This document shows positions 19,570-28,514 of a stretch of 56,317 bases of DNA, piece after piece. The DNA is from an uncultured Thermotogaceae bacterium (GTDB lineage Bacteria; Thermotogota; Thermotogae; MWEM01): the NCBI GenBank assembly GCA_964629135.1, contig CAZVPY010000001.1, positions 38,011-94,327 of the forward strand, in the 5' to 3' direction. Both the position numbers and the translations under genes were made by a program. Positions within the stretch are counted from its first letter, which is position 1; every line of letters starts with the position of its first letter. The notes beneath the pieces were generated by a model. It was not told where the DNA came from. It saw only the letters and a list, made by a program, of their open reading frames with translations, and did not search any database.

Positions 19570-20964
19570 ATGCAAGAAATTAAACGGATTCCACCAAATG
19601 ATTCGGAGGCTGAAAGGGCTGTTCTCGGTTCAATTTTATTAGACCCTGAAGTCGCAGGTGATGTATTTGAAATACTGAGGCATGAAGATTTTTACGTTCA
19701 TTCTCATCAACTAATCTATAATTGTATGGAATTGTTATATGATGATGCTGAGGCGATTGATCCTTTAACTGTTTCTGATTTACTTAGAAAACAAAAGCAT
19801 CTGGAAACAGTTGGAGGCGAATTAACCATTGCACAATTGGCAGATAGTGTTCCAACATCTGCACATGCTACGCATTACGCAAAGGTTGTTAGAGAAAAGT
19901 CAATCTTAAGAAATCTGATTAATTCCGGTGGAAAAATTGTAGAGAGTGCATTTAGTTTAGATGATGTAGACAACATTTTAGATCAAGCGGAAAGAAGCAT
20001 CTTAAGTATTGGCGAAAGGTATATTGAAAAATCTTACGCCCCCATTGGAAAAATCGTACACGATGCCTTTGATAAACTGGATCAAATAAAAGTACGACAT
20101 GATTCTCCGGAAGGTTCTCTTCTTGTGACTGGACTTGCAACAGGCTTTAGATCTTTAGATGAAATGACAACTGGTTTTCACCGCTCTGATTTAGTCATTG
20201 TTGCAGCAAGACCTTCCATGGGGAAATCGGCATTAGCCCTTCAGTTGGCAAGAAACATGGCTGTAGATCATGGTTATAAAGTGGGGATATTTAGCCTGGA
20301 AATGTCCTCTGAACAGATTGCTTTAAGATTGCTCAGTCTTGAATCAAAGGTAAATTTTGAAAAACTCAGAAAAGCGGACATTTCAGCCGATGAGTGGAAC
20401 AGGCTGACTGCTGCAGCGAGTAAATTTATGAAAGCCTCTATCATCATCGATGATGACTCTATGCTGGATCCCAGAGGATTAAGAACAAAGGTCAGAAGAA
20501 TAAAGAAGGAATACGGATTAGACGCTATCGTGATCGATTATCTTCAACTGATGAATAGTGGGAGAAATCGCGAAAATCGACAACAAGAAATTTCAGAAAT
20601 TTCCAGAAGTCTTAAAGTGCTTGGTAGGGAAATGGATATTGCCGTAATCGCCGCCTCTCAGCTTTCTCGTTCTGTGGAACAACGCGAAGATAAAAGACCG
20701 AGATTATCCGATTTAAGAGAATCAGGAGCCATTGAGCAAGATGCCGATACAGTTATTTTTATTCATAGAGAGTCTTATTACAAACGGGCAAAGTTTGAAG
20801 AGGATGAAGATGTAGGAGAAGTGCAAATGCTCAATCACCCGCATCCTGCTGAAATTATTATTGGGAAACAACGAAACGGACCTGTTGGCAGCATTAACCT
20901 TATCTTTGATCCAACTGTAGTGGGTTTCTTCTCCATGGAAAAATCCTTTACCCCAAAAGTATAG
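19570..20964 (+). CDS. dnaB: replicative DNA helicase DnaB
   Basis: It has PPNDSEAERAVLGSILLD, Walker A ARPSMGKSALAL, IDYLQLM and SQLSRSVEQREDKRPRLSDLRESGAIEQDAD. There is no intein. Confidence 0.95.
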   Translation: MQEIKRIPPNDSEAERAVLGSILLDPEVAGDVFEILRHEDFYVHSHQLIYNCMELLYDDAEAIDPLTVSDLLRKQKHLETVGGELTIAQLADSVPTSAHATHYAKVVREKSILRNLINSGGKIVESAFSLDDVDNILDQAERSILSIGERYIEKSYAPIGKIVHDAFDKLDQIKVRHDSPEGSLLVTGLATGFRSLDEMTTGFHRSDLVIVAARPSMGKSALALQLARNMAVDHGYKVGIFSLEMSSEQIALRLLSLESKVNFEKLRKADISADEWNRLTAAASKFMKASIIIDDDSMLDPRGLRTKVRRIKKEYGLDAIVIDYLQLMNSGRNRENRQQEISEISRSLKVLGREMDIAVIAASQLSRSVEQREDKRPRLSDLRESGAIEQDADTVIFIHRESYYKRAKFEEDEDVGEVQMLNHPHPAEIIIGKQRNGPVGSINLIFDPTVVGFFSMEKSFTPKV

Positions 20965-20977
20965 GGACATTAGAGTA

Positions 20978-22360
20978 ATGAAAATTCTTCTTATCAATCC
21001 TTGGATTTACGATGTCGCTTCTTTTGATTACTGGTTAAAACCCTTAGGATTATTGATTTTGGCCAGAAAGCTTCAAGAAAGTGGTCATGAATTAAAATTG
21101 ATCGATTGTTTAGACAGATATGATCCGGATTTGATTCAATACACCGGAAAATCAACAAAAAGTAAATGGAATGGTACGGGAAAATTTTATTCAGAAAAAG
21201 TTAAAAAACCACCTCAAATGTCACACATACCCAGATATTTTAAACGCTACGGTTTACCAAAAACCTTATTTGATCAAAAACTAAAGGAGTTAGTCGAATC
21301 AGGATTTAACCCTGACTGTACTTTTGTTACTTCCGCAATGACTTATTGGTATCCGGGACCATTTGAAGCCATTAAAAGTGTAAAAAAAATTATCCCAAGT
21401 ACAAAGGTGTTCCTCGGTGGAAACTACGCTAATCTGATGATGAATCATTCAAAGCTTTCTGGTGCAGATTTTGTTTGTAAGAAAAGTAAGATGTCAGAAG
21501 TACTTGGCTTTCTTAATTCTCATGGAATTAGCATCAAAAACACCTTCCAAAAAGAACAGGATTTGATTCCCCTCTATGAATTATATAAACACCCAATGAG
21601 CCACTTAGTCTTTCTTAGTTCATTAGGATGTCCTTACAGATGCACTTATTGTGCAACTCCATTTTTACAGGATTTTGTACAGGAAGATCCCACTCGATTA
21701 GTACAAGCCATCGATCATTATGCCTCTATGTTTAAGGTCAAAAATATCGCCTTTTTTGATGACGCCATACTGATTAACCATAACAATCATTTTGATCAAA
21801 TTTTACAGAAATTGATCGATAAAGGGATAAAACAACGTGGTATAATGGTTCATATACCGAACGGCATTCATGCCAAATTGTTGAAAAAAAATACCGCTGA
21901 GCTGATGATGCAAGCAAATGTAAAAACAATCAAAGTCGCATTGGAAACCATTAACCCAAAGCTCCAAGCTTCCACAGGGGGGAAAGTAACGAATGAAGAT
22001 TTTTACCGTGCCGTCAGCCTATTAAAAGAAGTAGGATTCACCAAAGATGAAATTGCGGCATTTATCATGATTAACCTTCCCGGACAAGGTTTTAAAGAAG
22101 CAATTGAGGTACATGATATTTGTCGGGATTTGAAAATACTTCCTGAAATCAACGAATACACTCCAATTCCAGGTACCATCGATTTTCAAAGGGTCTTTGG
22201 TGATAATCAACTACCAATTGGATTTGATCCCCTTTTATTGAATAACACCATTCTCAGCTTTTCTTGGAACAAAGGACTAACAATTGAAGAGATAGAACTC
22301 ATTAAAAATTACAATAAAAAGGTGGTCAACGAAATAAAAAACGGAGGGTTTGACAGATGA
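20978..22360 (+). CDS. radical SAM protein with B12-binding-like N-terminal domain
   Basis: It has MKILLINPW...LGLLILARKL (a Rossmann-like N-terminal domain) and the CxxxCxxC motif GCPYRCTYCATP. Its stop overlaps the tldD start (ATGA, 22357-22360). Confidence 0.8.
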   Translation: MKILLINPWIYDVASFDYWLKPLGLLILARKLQESGHELKLIDCLDRYDPDLIQYTGKSTKSKWNGTGKFYSEKVKKPPQMSHIPRYFKRYGLPKTLFDQKLKELVESGFNPDCTFVTSAMTYWYPGPFEAIKSVKKIIPSTKVFLGGNYANLMMNHSKLSGADFVCKKSKMSEVLGFLNSHGISIKNTFQKEQDLIPLYELYKHPMSHLVFLSSLGCPYRCTYCATPFLQDFVQEDPTRLVQAIDHYASMFKVKNIAFFDDAILINHNNHFDQILQKLIDKGIKQRGIMVHIPNGIHAKLLKKNTAELMMQANVKTIKVALETINPKLQASTGGKVTNEDFYRAVSLLKEVGFTKDEIAAFIMINLPGQGFKEAIEVHDICRDLKILPEINEYTPIPGTIDFQRVFGDNQLPIGFDPLLLNNTILSFSWNKGLTIEEIELIKNYNKKVVNEIKNGGFDR

Positions 22361-23739
22361 AAAGAAAATTGATTGAGAAAGCCCTGGCAGTTATGAAAAA
22401 AGGCGGGGCTGATTTTGCGGAACTATTTTTAGAAAAACGCAACAGTAACAACATGGAGATGAACAACGGGAAATTGGAACAGGTTAACTCTGGACTCATT
22501 CACGGTGTGGGGTTACGTGGAATAGCGGGTAAAAAGGCAATATACGCCTATACAAATGATTTATCTGAAGAAGCTGTACTTAACGCATCAAAAAGAATCG
22601 CTCAAGTAATTGAGGATGAGGGAAAAGATGATGTAGAGATGAATCTGACAAAACTAAAAAAGGGTAATTTGAGCCCCATTCTATTGTTTCCGGATAAAAT
22701 CAAAAAAGAAGAAAAATACCATGTCATGAAACTCGCCAATGAAGGTGCTGCTTCATACTCAAAACAAATCAGCGAAGTTCGGATCAATTATTTTGATTAT
22801 CGGCAAAATATCGTTATTGCAAACTCTGACGGCCTATTAACCGAAGATGAAAGAATAAGGACCCGTTTGATGGTATTTGCAGTGGCTACTAAAGGTAACG
22901 AGAAAGAAACTGGTTTTGTTGGACCAGGAGCAGGTATGGGTTTTGAATTCTTCAACACATTCGATGTAAAAGAATCAGGAAAAGAGGCTGCAAGAATTGC
23001 AGTGAAAATGATCAACGCAGAATTTGCCCCTGCAGGTAAAATGCCGGTCATCATTTCAAACAAATTCGGAGGTGTGATTTTCCATGAAGCTTGTGGACAT
23101 GCACTTGAAGCCACCTCAGTTGCCAAAGGGGCTTCAGTTTTTGCCGATAAATTAGGACAAAAAATTGCCAATGAATGTGTTTCCGCTGTAGATGATGCCA
23201 CGATACCAAATGCATGGGGCTCTGCCAATATAGATGATGAAGGAACACCGACACAAAGAACCCTTTTAATCGAAAATGGTATCTTAAAAAGTTATCTCAT
23301 CGATAAACTGGGAGGCATTCGTATGAATATGCAATCCACAGGGAGTGGTAGAAGGCAAAATTATACTTATGCCCCAACTTCACGAATGTCCAATACATTC
23401 ATCCTCCCAGGTAATTTCCTACCCGAAGAAATTATTGCCAACACACCGAAGGCTTTATACGCCAAAAAAATGGGCGGTGGGTCGGTCAATCCCTCTACCG
23501 GAGAATTCAATTTTTCTGTTAGAGAAGGTTATTTAGTCGAAAACGGTAAAATAGCAAAGCCTGTTCGAGGGGCTACATTAATCGGAAAAGGTTTTGAAAT
23601 ACTCAATAAGATTGACATGATCGGTAACGATTTAGCGCGAGATGAGGGTATGTGTGGGTCATTATCCGGATCGATTCCTGCAGATGTGGGACAACCAACT
23701 ATTAGGGTATCTGAACTGTTAGTAGGGGGGAGAAACTGA
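22357..23739 (+). CDS. tldD: TldD metalloprotease
   Basis: The 460-aa ORF has the HExxxH motif in FHEACGHALE, a GSGRRQ segment and a C-terminal GMCGS...G.PT.RV pattern. Confidence 0.9.
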   Translation: MKRKLIEKALAVMKKGGADFAELFLEKRNSNNMEMNNGKLEQVNSGLIHGVGLRGIAGKKAIYAYTNDLSEEAVLNASKRIAQVIEDEGKDDVEMNLTKLKKGNLSPILLFPDKIKKEEKYHVMKLANEGAASYSKQISEVRINYFDYRQNIVIANSDGLLTEDERIRTRLMVFAVATKGNEKETGFVGPGAGMGFEFFNTFDVKESGKEAARIAVKMINAEFAPAGKMPVIISNKFGGVIFHEACGHALEATSVAKGASVFADKLGQKIANECVSAVDDATIPNAWGSANIDDEGTPTQRTLLIENGILKSYLIDKLGGIRMNMQSTGSGRRQNYTYAPTSRMSNTFILPGNFLPEEIIANTPKALYAKKMGGGSVNPSTGEFNFSVREGYLVENGKIAKPVRGATLIGKGFEILNKIDMIGNDLARDEGMCGSLSGSIPADVGQPTIRVSELLVGGRN

Positions 23740-25094
23740 TGAAGATAAGAGAGTTTAAAAAACTGGTATTTAAAAACGCCCAGAAAAAAGGAATCGAAAA
23801 TTTTGAGCTATATCACATGAGCTCTCATGAATTTGAATGCTCAATCAATAAAGGAGAAATTCAAAGTTATAAGGATGCAGAAAATGGCGGTGCCAGTTTT
23901 AAAGCCTTGAAAAATGGTAAAGCCGGATACAGTTTCACGGAGGATTATACAGAAGATGAAGCAGCAAGAATCGTAACTGATGCTCTGGAAAATCTAGAGT
24001 TGATCGACTCTGATGATGCAGAAGTCATTGGGACAACCAAATTTAAAATTGAAAACTGGAAAGATTATGATATGCGTTTTGATGAAATATCCCCAAAACA
24101 AAAAATAGATGATACAAAGCAATTGGAGAAAAAGATTCTGGAAAAAGATCAACGAATCGTTATGGTACCTTATTGCTTCTACAACGACATGTATAATGAG
24201 ATTTACTTTGCAAATTCAAACGAATTAGAGTATTCCTATAAAAACGGTGGCGGTGGTATGTATGCCGGTGCAATGGCAACCAATGGTAAACAAAACAAAT
24301 TTGGAATGGATTTTATGTTCACAACCGATCCTAAACAAATTGATATTGAAAAACTTGCTTCATCTGTTGCCAAAAAATCCATCGGTTTACTGGATGCCAA
24401 AAGTATCAAAAGTGGAAAATACCCTGTGGTCTTAAATTACAATGTACTTGGCAATATTCTCGGACTCTTGGTTCAGATGATATCAGCAGAAAATGTGCAA
24501 AAAGGCTTTTCATTGTTAAAAAACAAACTCGGTGAAAAAATTGTATCAGATAAGATTACCATAACGGACAAAAGATTCTATCAAGACAGTATTTTCAATT
24601 GTCCTGCTGATTCTCAAGGCACTTTGACAAAAGACAAAGAGATTATTTCAGGGGGTGTCCTCACCACTTACCTTCACAGTTTAAAGACAGCGCTTAAAGA
24701 TGGCATTTCACCAACCGGGAATGCATTTAGAGGCAGTTATAAAGGCATTGAATCAATTCTCCCCGTAAACATCGATTTTGCGGCTGGAGAAATGAGTCTT
24801 GAGGAACTTTTTGAACAAATGGATTCAGGATTATACATTACAGGTGTACAAGGAATGCACTCAGGAGCAAATCCAGTATCTGGTGAATTTTCTCTTGGTG
24901 CTGAAGGATACAAAATTGAAAATGGAAAAGAAGCTTATCCTATTGAACAAATAACATTATCGGGAAATCTGCTTAGAATGCTTCAAAATGTAGAATTAAT
25001 CGGATCAGACAAACAAATGGCGATGGTTATGTCTCATGGAATGTATACGCCTTCAATTTTGATCAGCGAAATGGATATAGCGGGAAACGAATAA
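23739..25094 (+). CDS. pmbA: PmbA/TldE, partner of TldD
   Basis: The 451-aa TldD paralog lacks HExxxH. It shares 1 nt with the tldD stop (TGATG). It has GLYITGVQGMHSGANPVSGEFS. Confidence 0.85.
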   Translation: MKIREFKKLVFKNAQKKGIENFELYHMSSHEFECSINKGEIQSYKDAENGGASFKALKNGKAGYSFTEDYTEDEAARIVTDALENLELIDSDDAEVIGTTKFKIENWKDYDMRFDEISPKQKIDDTKQLEKKILEKDQRIVMVPYCFYNDMYNEIYFANSNELEYSYKNGGGGMYAGAMATNGKQNKFGMDFMFTTDPKQIDIEKLASSVAKKSIGLLDAKSIKSGKYPVVLNYNVLGNILGLLVQMISAENVQKGFSLLKNKLGEKIVSDKITITDKRFYQDSIFNCPADSQGTLTKDKEIISGGVLTTYLHSLKTALKDGISPTGNAFRGSYKGIESILPVNIDFAAGEMSLEELFEQMDSGLYITGVQGMHSGANPVSGEFSLGAEGYKIENGKEAYPIEQITLSGNLLRMLQNVELIGSDKQMAMVMSHGMYTPSILISEMDIAGNE

Positions 25095-25095
25095 G

Positions 25096-25698
25096 ATGCT
25101 TACATCAATCCACATCAGTGTGGGTTTAACCGGTTTAATGGGATCGGGTAAAAGTGAAGCAGCCAATTATTTAAAAAGGACCGGTTTTCCGGTCCTTTTT
25201 ATGGATCAGGTTGGACATGGTTGCCTTCAAGATCATGAAGTTTTTCAAACCCTTGTAAACACTTTCGGTTTAAAGATTTTGGATGAAGGGGGAAAAATCA
25301 ACCGAAAAAAACTATCCCAAATTGTTTTTAAAGATCACCAAAAACTCAAACGATTAAACGCTATTTTGCACCCAAAAATGAATCAAAGAGCGCAAAATTG
25401 GATTAAACAACACTTTCAAAAGGGGCAAGAAATAGTTTTTATCGAAGCAGCTATTCTATTCGAAATGAAGATGAACTTTTTTCTTGATTATATAGTCTTA
25501 ATAAAAGCTTCGGATAAAGAAATAATCGATCGCATTAAAAAACGAGATCAAAAATCTGAAGTTGAAATTCAGCAAATTCTTGAAACACAGAAAACGAATA
25601 TGGATAAAGTTGATTACGTCATTAACAATGATGGTTCTTTGGGAGAGTTATACAAAAGTTGTGATCAATTAATCAACAGATTAAGGCTTAAGTTATAG
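25096..25698 (+). CDS. coaE: dephospho-CoA kinase
   Basis: It has the P-loop GLTGLMGSGKS and NAILHPKM, and is 200 aa long. It starts 1 nt after the pmbA stop. Confidence 0.9.
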   Translation: MLTSIHISVGLTGLMGSGKSEAANYLKRTGFPVLFMDQVGHGCLQDHEVFQTLVNTFGLKILDEGGKINRKKLSQIVFKDHQKLKRLNAILHPKMNQRAQNWIKQHFQKGQEIVFIEAAILFEMKMNFFLDYIVLIKASDKEIIDRIKKRDQKSEVEIQQILETQKTNMDKVDYVINNDGSLGELYKSCDQLINRLRLKL

Positions 25699-25699
25699 T

Positions 25700-25728
25700 T
25701 TGCAAAATCAGCTAATTTGTGGTAAAAT
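25700..25728 (+). promoter_or_regulatory. sigma70-type promoter for ssrA
   Basis: TTGCAA (25700-25705) is followed by a 17-nt spacer ending in TGg, then TAAAAT (25723-25728). This is an extended -10 about 30 nt upstream of the mature tmRNA 5' end. Confidence 0.55.
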
Positions 25729-25759
25729 ATCTCTCTGTTAAAGGATTTAAACCCCTATA

Positions 25760-26114
25760 GGGGGCGATCAGGGTTCGACGGAAGTTGACGGATCTAAGGA
25801 AGCGTGCCGAGTTTTCATCAGACTCGTTAAACGGGTGAACAATCAAATTAATTGACGAAACAGAATTTGCTTTAGCGGCCTAAAAAAGGCTGCCGTTCTT
25901 CTGACTGTTTAGCTCGAGACGGGCTGAAAGAGCGACGATAATTCGAGCTTACTCCCTTTCATTTCCGTGATGTTTTGGAGGACATTTTAGCGGATAGGAT
26001 GAGCTAGGTTTGCTTTTGTACCCGGTGATTCTGAAATTTAAACAAAAGCTACGCACGTAGAGGCCTTTTATACGCTGCTTTCGGACGGGGGTTCAATTCC
26101 CCCCGCCTCCACCA
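25760..26114 (+). ncRNA. ssrA: tmRNA (transfer-messenger RNA), one-piece, CCA encoded
   Basis: The 5' GGGGGCG pairs with the 3' CGCCTCC-ACCA, including the G3:U alanine identity pair. The 5' end continues ..GATCAGGGTTCGACGG. The T-arm is GGGGGTTCAATTCCCCC. The internal tag frame reads ..GAC GAA ACA GAA TTT GCT TTA GCG GCC TAA (..DETEFALAA*), with the stop at 25881-25883. Confidence 0.93.
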
Positions 26115-26117
26115 TTT

Positions 26118-27527
26118 TTATTCCTCTTTTTCCAATGTTTTATAGAAGGAAGTAAGATCGATTTCTTTCGGTTGAAAATCTAATATCTTTGCTTTTATTT
26201 CCTTTAAATAGTCTTCAGCTGTTTTCTTCCAAGTGTATTTTTCTAATACCCGCATAATTGAGAGATCCGAAAATTTTTGGTAATTTTTCTTAGGCACCAA
26301 GGACTTTTTCAATGTATCAATAATAGAATCCACATCTTCAGGATCAAACAGAAAACCATATTTAAAACCATTTTCCCGCAAAATTTCACTTGGACCGCCA
26401 TTTCGAGTTGCTGCCACCGGTAACCCGCAAGACATTGCTTCAATAACTGTTAAACCAAAGGGTTCATACACAGCAGGATTACAAAATACAGATTGTTTTT
26501 CTTTTGCAGATCTGTAAAGTGATGCTAAATCATTCTGATTTTCAGCATTGTAAAAGGATATGTGATTTTTCAGTTTAAATTCTTTAATATAGGCTAACCA
26601 CTCTTTAACAATTTTTCTTTCGCTTTCTTTTAATTGATCTATACTCTCATAGACATCTTGTATTCCTCTGACGACAATCAGCAAATGAGCTTTTTCCCTT
26701 AATTCTTTATCCTTTGCAAAGGCTTTTATAACACCTATGTGGTTCTTCTTGCCATCAATTCTGCTGGAAAGAATAATTAAAGGTTTTTCGTAATCTTTGA
26801 TAGAATCACAGGCCGACTGATCATCCATGGATTTAAACTCGTTGAAAATTCTTCTGTTTACCCCCGGGGGAACAACTTTAAAATGAACATCATCCTTAAC
26901 ATCAATCCATTTCTCGTATTTTTGATGTCCGTACTGCTCAAATCTTTCCATTTCAGTACTGACAAAATTAACACAGGAATATTTCATGGATATCCTCTCA
27001 GCTGCCAGGCGTTTGCTAAAATGAAAGATTCTTTCAAAATCATTTATGTTTTCACGGTTGATCCCCAGCTTGTCCATTTTTAAAGCACCGAGAGAATGGG
27101 CGGTAAATGAATAGGGGATTTTTTCTTTCTCAGAGATCATGGCGCATGCTATACCACCATCACCATAATGTCCCGTTAAAAAATCAGGTTTCTCTCCCTC
27201 ATCTTTATAAAATTCAATGATATTATCAGACCATTCTTCCAAGTAAGGCCACAAATCTTCTTTTCTTAGAAAATGCCCAGGCCCACACGGTATTCGAATG
27301 ATGCGCAAATGATCAATGCCTTCGTATACATCACTTTCAGTTTCAAACTCTGGCCATTTTGAATCCCTTATTTTTCGAGTAAGAATATCTGTTTTTATCC
27401 CCATTTCTGACATTGCAGAAGCTAATTCTTTGACATATACCAACTGTCCACCAAAATCTGGATGTTCAGTCCAATAACTATTTTTAGAGTCAAAATTACC
27501 TTGTGGATTTAAAAAAGCAATTCTCAT
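26118..27527 (-). CDS. sucrose-phosphate synthase-like glycosyltransferase (GT4, no phosphatase domain)
   Basis: The N-terminus MRIAFLNPQGNFDSKNSYWTEHPDFGGQLVYVKELASAMSEMG is the pattern I recall from bacterial single-domain SPS (Halothermothrix type). The C-terminal GT-B motif is EPFGLTVIEAMSCGLPVAATRNGGPSEI. Confidence 0.78.
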   Translation of the reverse strand: MRIAFLNPQGNFDSKNSYWTEHPDFGGQLVYVKELASAMSEMGIKTDILTRKIRDSKWPEFETESDVYEGIDHLRIIRIPCGPGHFLRKEDLWPYLEEWSDNIIEFYKDEGEKPDFLTGHYGDGGIACAMISEKEKIPYSFTAHSLGALKMDKLGINRENINDFERIFHFSKRLAAERISMKYSCVNFVSTEMERFEQYGHQKYEKWIDVKDDVHFKVVPPGVNRRIFNEFKSMDDQSACDSIKDYEKPLIILSSRIDGKKNHIGVIKAFAKDKELREKAHLLIVVRGIQDVYESIDQLKESERKIVKEWLAYIKEFKLKNHISFYNAENQNDLASLYRSAKEKQSVFCNPAVYEPFGLTVIEAMSCGLPVAATRNGGPSEILRENGFKYGFLFDPEDVDSIIDTLKKSLVPKKNYQKFSDLSIMRVLEKYTWKKTAEDYLKEIKAKILDFQPKEIDLTSFYKTLEKEE

Positions 27528-27567
27528 TTTTTCACTCCCTTTTTGGGCTTATAGCTGTTACTTTTTA

Positions 27568-28491
27568 TTACATCAAAAATTCAGACTTGATGACTTCCAT
27601 GGAAGGCAAGGGAAGATCTGAGCCAACGGTTCTCAATCTGAAAGCCGCCACGGCACTGCCCCACTTCGCTGCAGTAAATATATCTTGATCGTTTAATATA
27701 CCGCAATAAACACCAGACCAAAATCCATCCCCGGCTCCCGTTGTATCAACAACAATTTGACTAACCGATTTTTGATGAATTGTCTTTTCCCCATTTGAAA
27801 CAAGTGCGCCATCTTTGCCCATGGTCAGAATAACATTCTGCGCTCCCAGCTTATGAAAAGCTTGGATATATTCTTTATTATGCATTCTTCCAAAAATGTG
27901 AAAAGCATCATCGTCAGAAGGCTTACAAAGATAGGTTTTTTTTAAAACTTCCTTTATTGTTTGCATGGGATCTTCATCTTTTTCCCATAATATCTTTCTA
28001 AAGTTAGGGTCAAAACACAATTTTGTATTTGTATCCTCAACATCATCCATTATACTAAACACCGTTTTACGAGATGGATTATGTGAAATGCTCCAGGAAC
28101 TGATATGAAAAAAATGAGTTTCTTTTAATAGCTGAACGATGTCCTTAGGTTTCTCTATACAGTAATCAGCTGATCTAAAGGGCAAGAATTTGGGATTCCC
28201 TTTTGATTTTGCAACAAAAACCATTGATGTGTTCTTTTCCTTATCCACTTGTACATAAGTTGTATCAATTCCCTTTTCTTTAAATGTTTTTTTTAGATAC
28301 TCTCCAAAAGGGTCATCTCCTATTCTTGTTATTAATATCGCCTTTTCGCCCAAATTCAGAAGATTTGCCGTTATGTTCGCAGGAGAACCTCCTGCATGCC
28401 TTATAAAGTTCTGGACTTGGGATAAACTTTCCGAATAGTCATCTGAAAGAAAATCGATGAGTGCTTCTCCAAGTAATAACACCCTTTTCAT
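27568..28491 (-). CDS. PfkB-family sugar kinase, probable fructokinase
   Basis: It has LLLGEALIDFL, GGSPANI and the C-terminal motif DTTGAGDGFWSG. I chose the ATG at 28491 (MKRVLLLGE) because GGAGGG sits 6 nt upstream. The track ORF is 9 codons longer. Confidence 0.8.
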   Translation of the reverse strand: MKRVLLLGEALIDFLSDDYSESLSQVQNFIRHAGGSPANITANLLNLGEKAILITRIGDDPFGEYLKKTFKEKGIDTTYVQVDKEKNTSMVFVAKSKGNPKFLPFRSADYCIEKPKDIVQLLKETHFFHISSWSISHNPSRKTVFSIMDDVEDTNTKLCFDPNFRKILWEKDEDPMQTIKEVLKKTYLCKPSDDDAFHIFGRMHNKEYIQAFHKLGAQNVILTMGKDGALVSNGEKTIHQKSVSQIVVDTTGAGDGFWSGVYCGILNDQDIFTAAKWGSAVAAFRLRTVGSDLPLPSMEVIKSEFLM

Positions 28492-28514
28492 TGTGATCCC
28501 TCCATTTTTAAATC

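Noticed and set aside
20965-20977. I looked for a RiPP precursor peptide associated with the radical SAM-TldD/E genes.
   Set aside because: The upstream gap is 13 nt, and there is no short ORF with an RBS within or flanking the cluster. The RiPP idea is unsupported by this window.
22602-23254. Minus-strand ORFs of 61-143 aa lie inside tldD (for example 22797..23228).
   Set aside because: They are antisense to a gene with clear TldD motifs. The Ala/Ser/Pro-rich translation is typical of a shadow frame.
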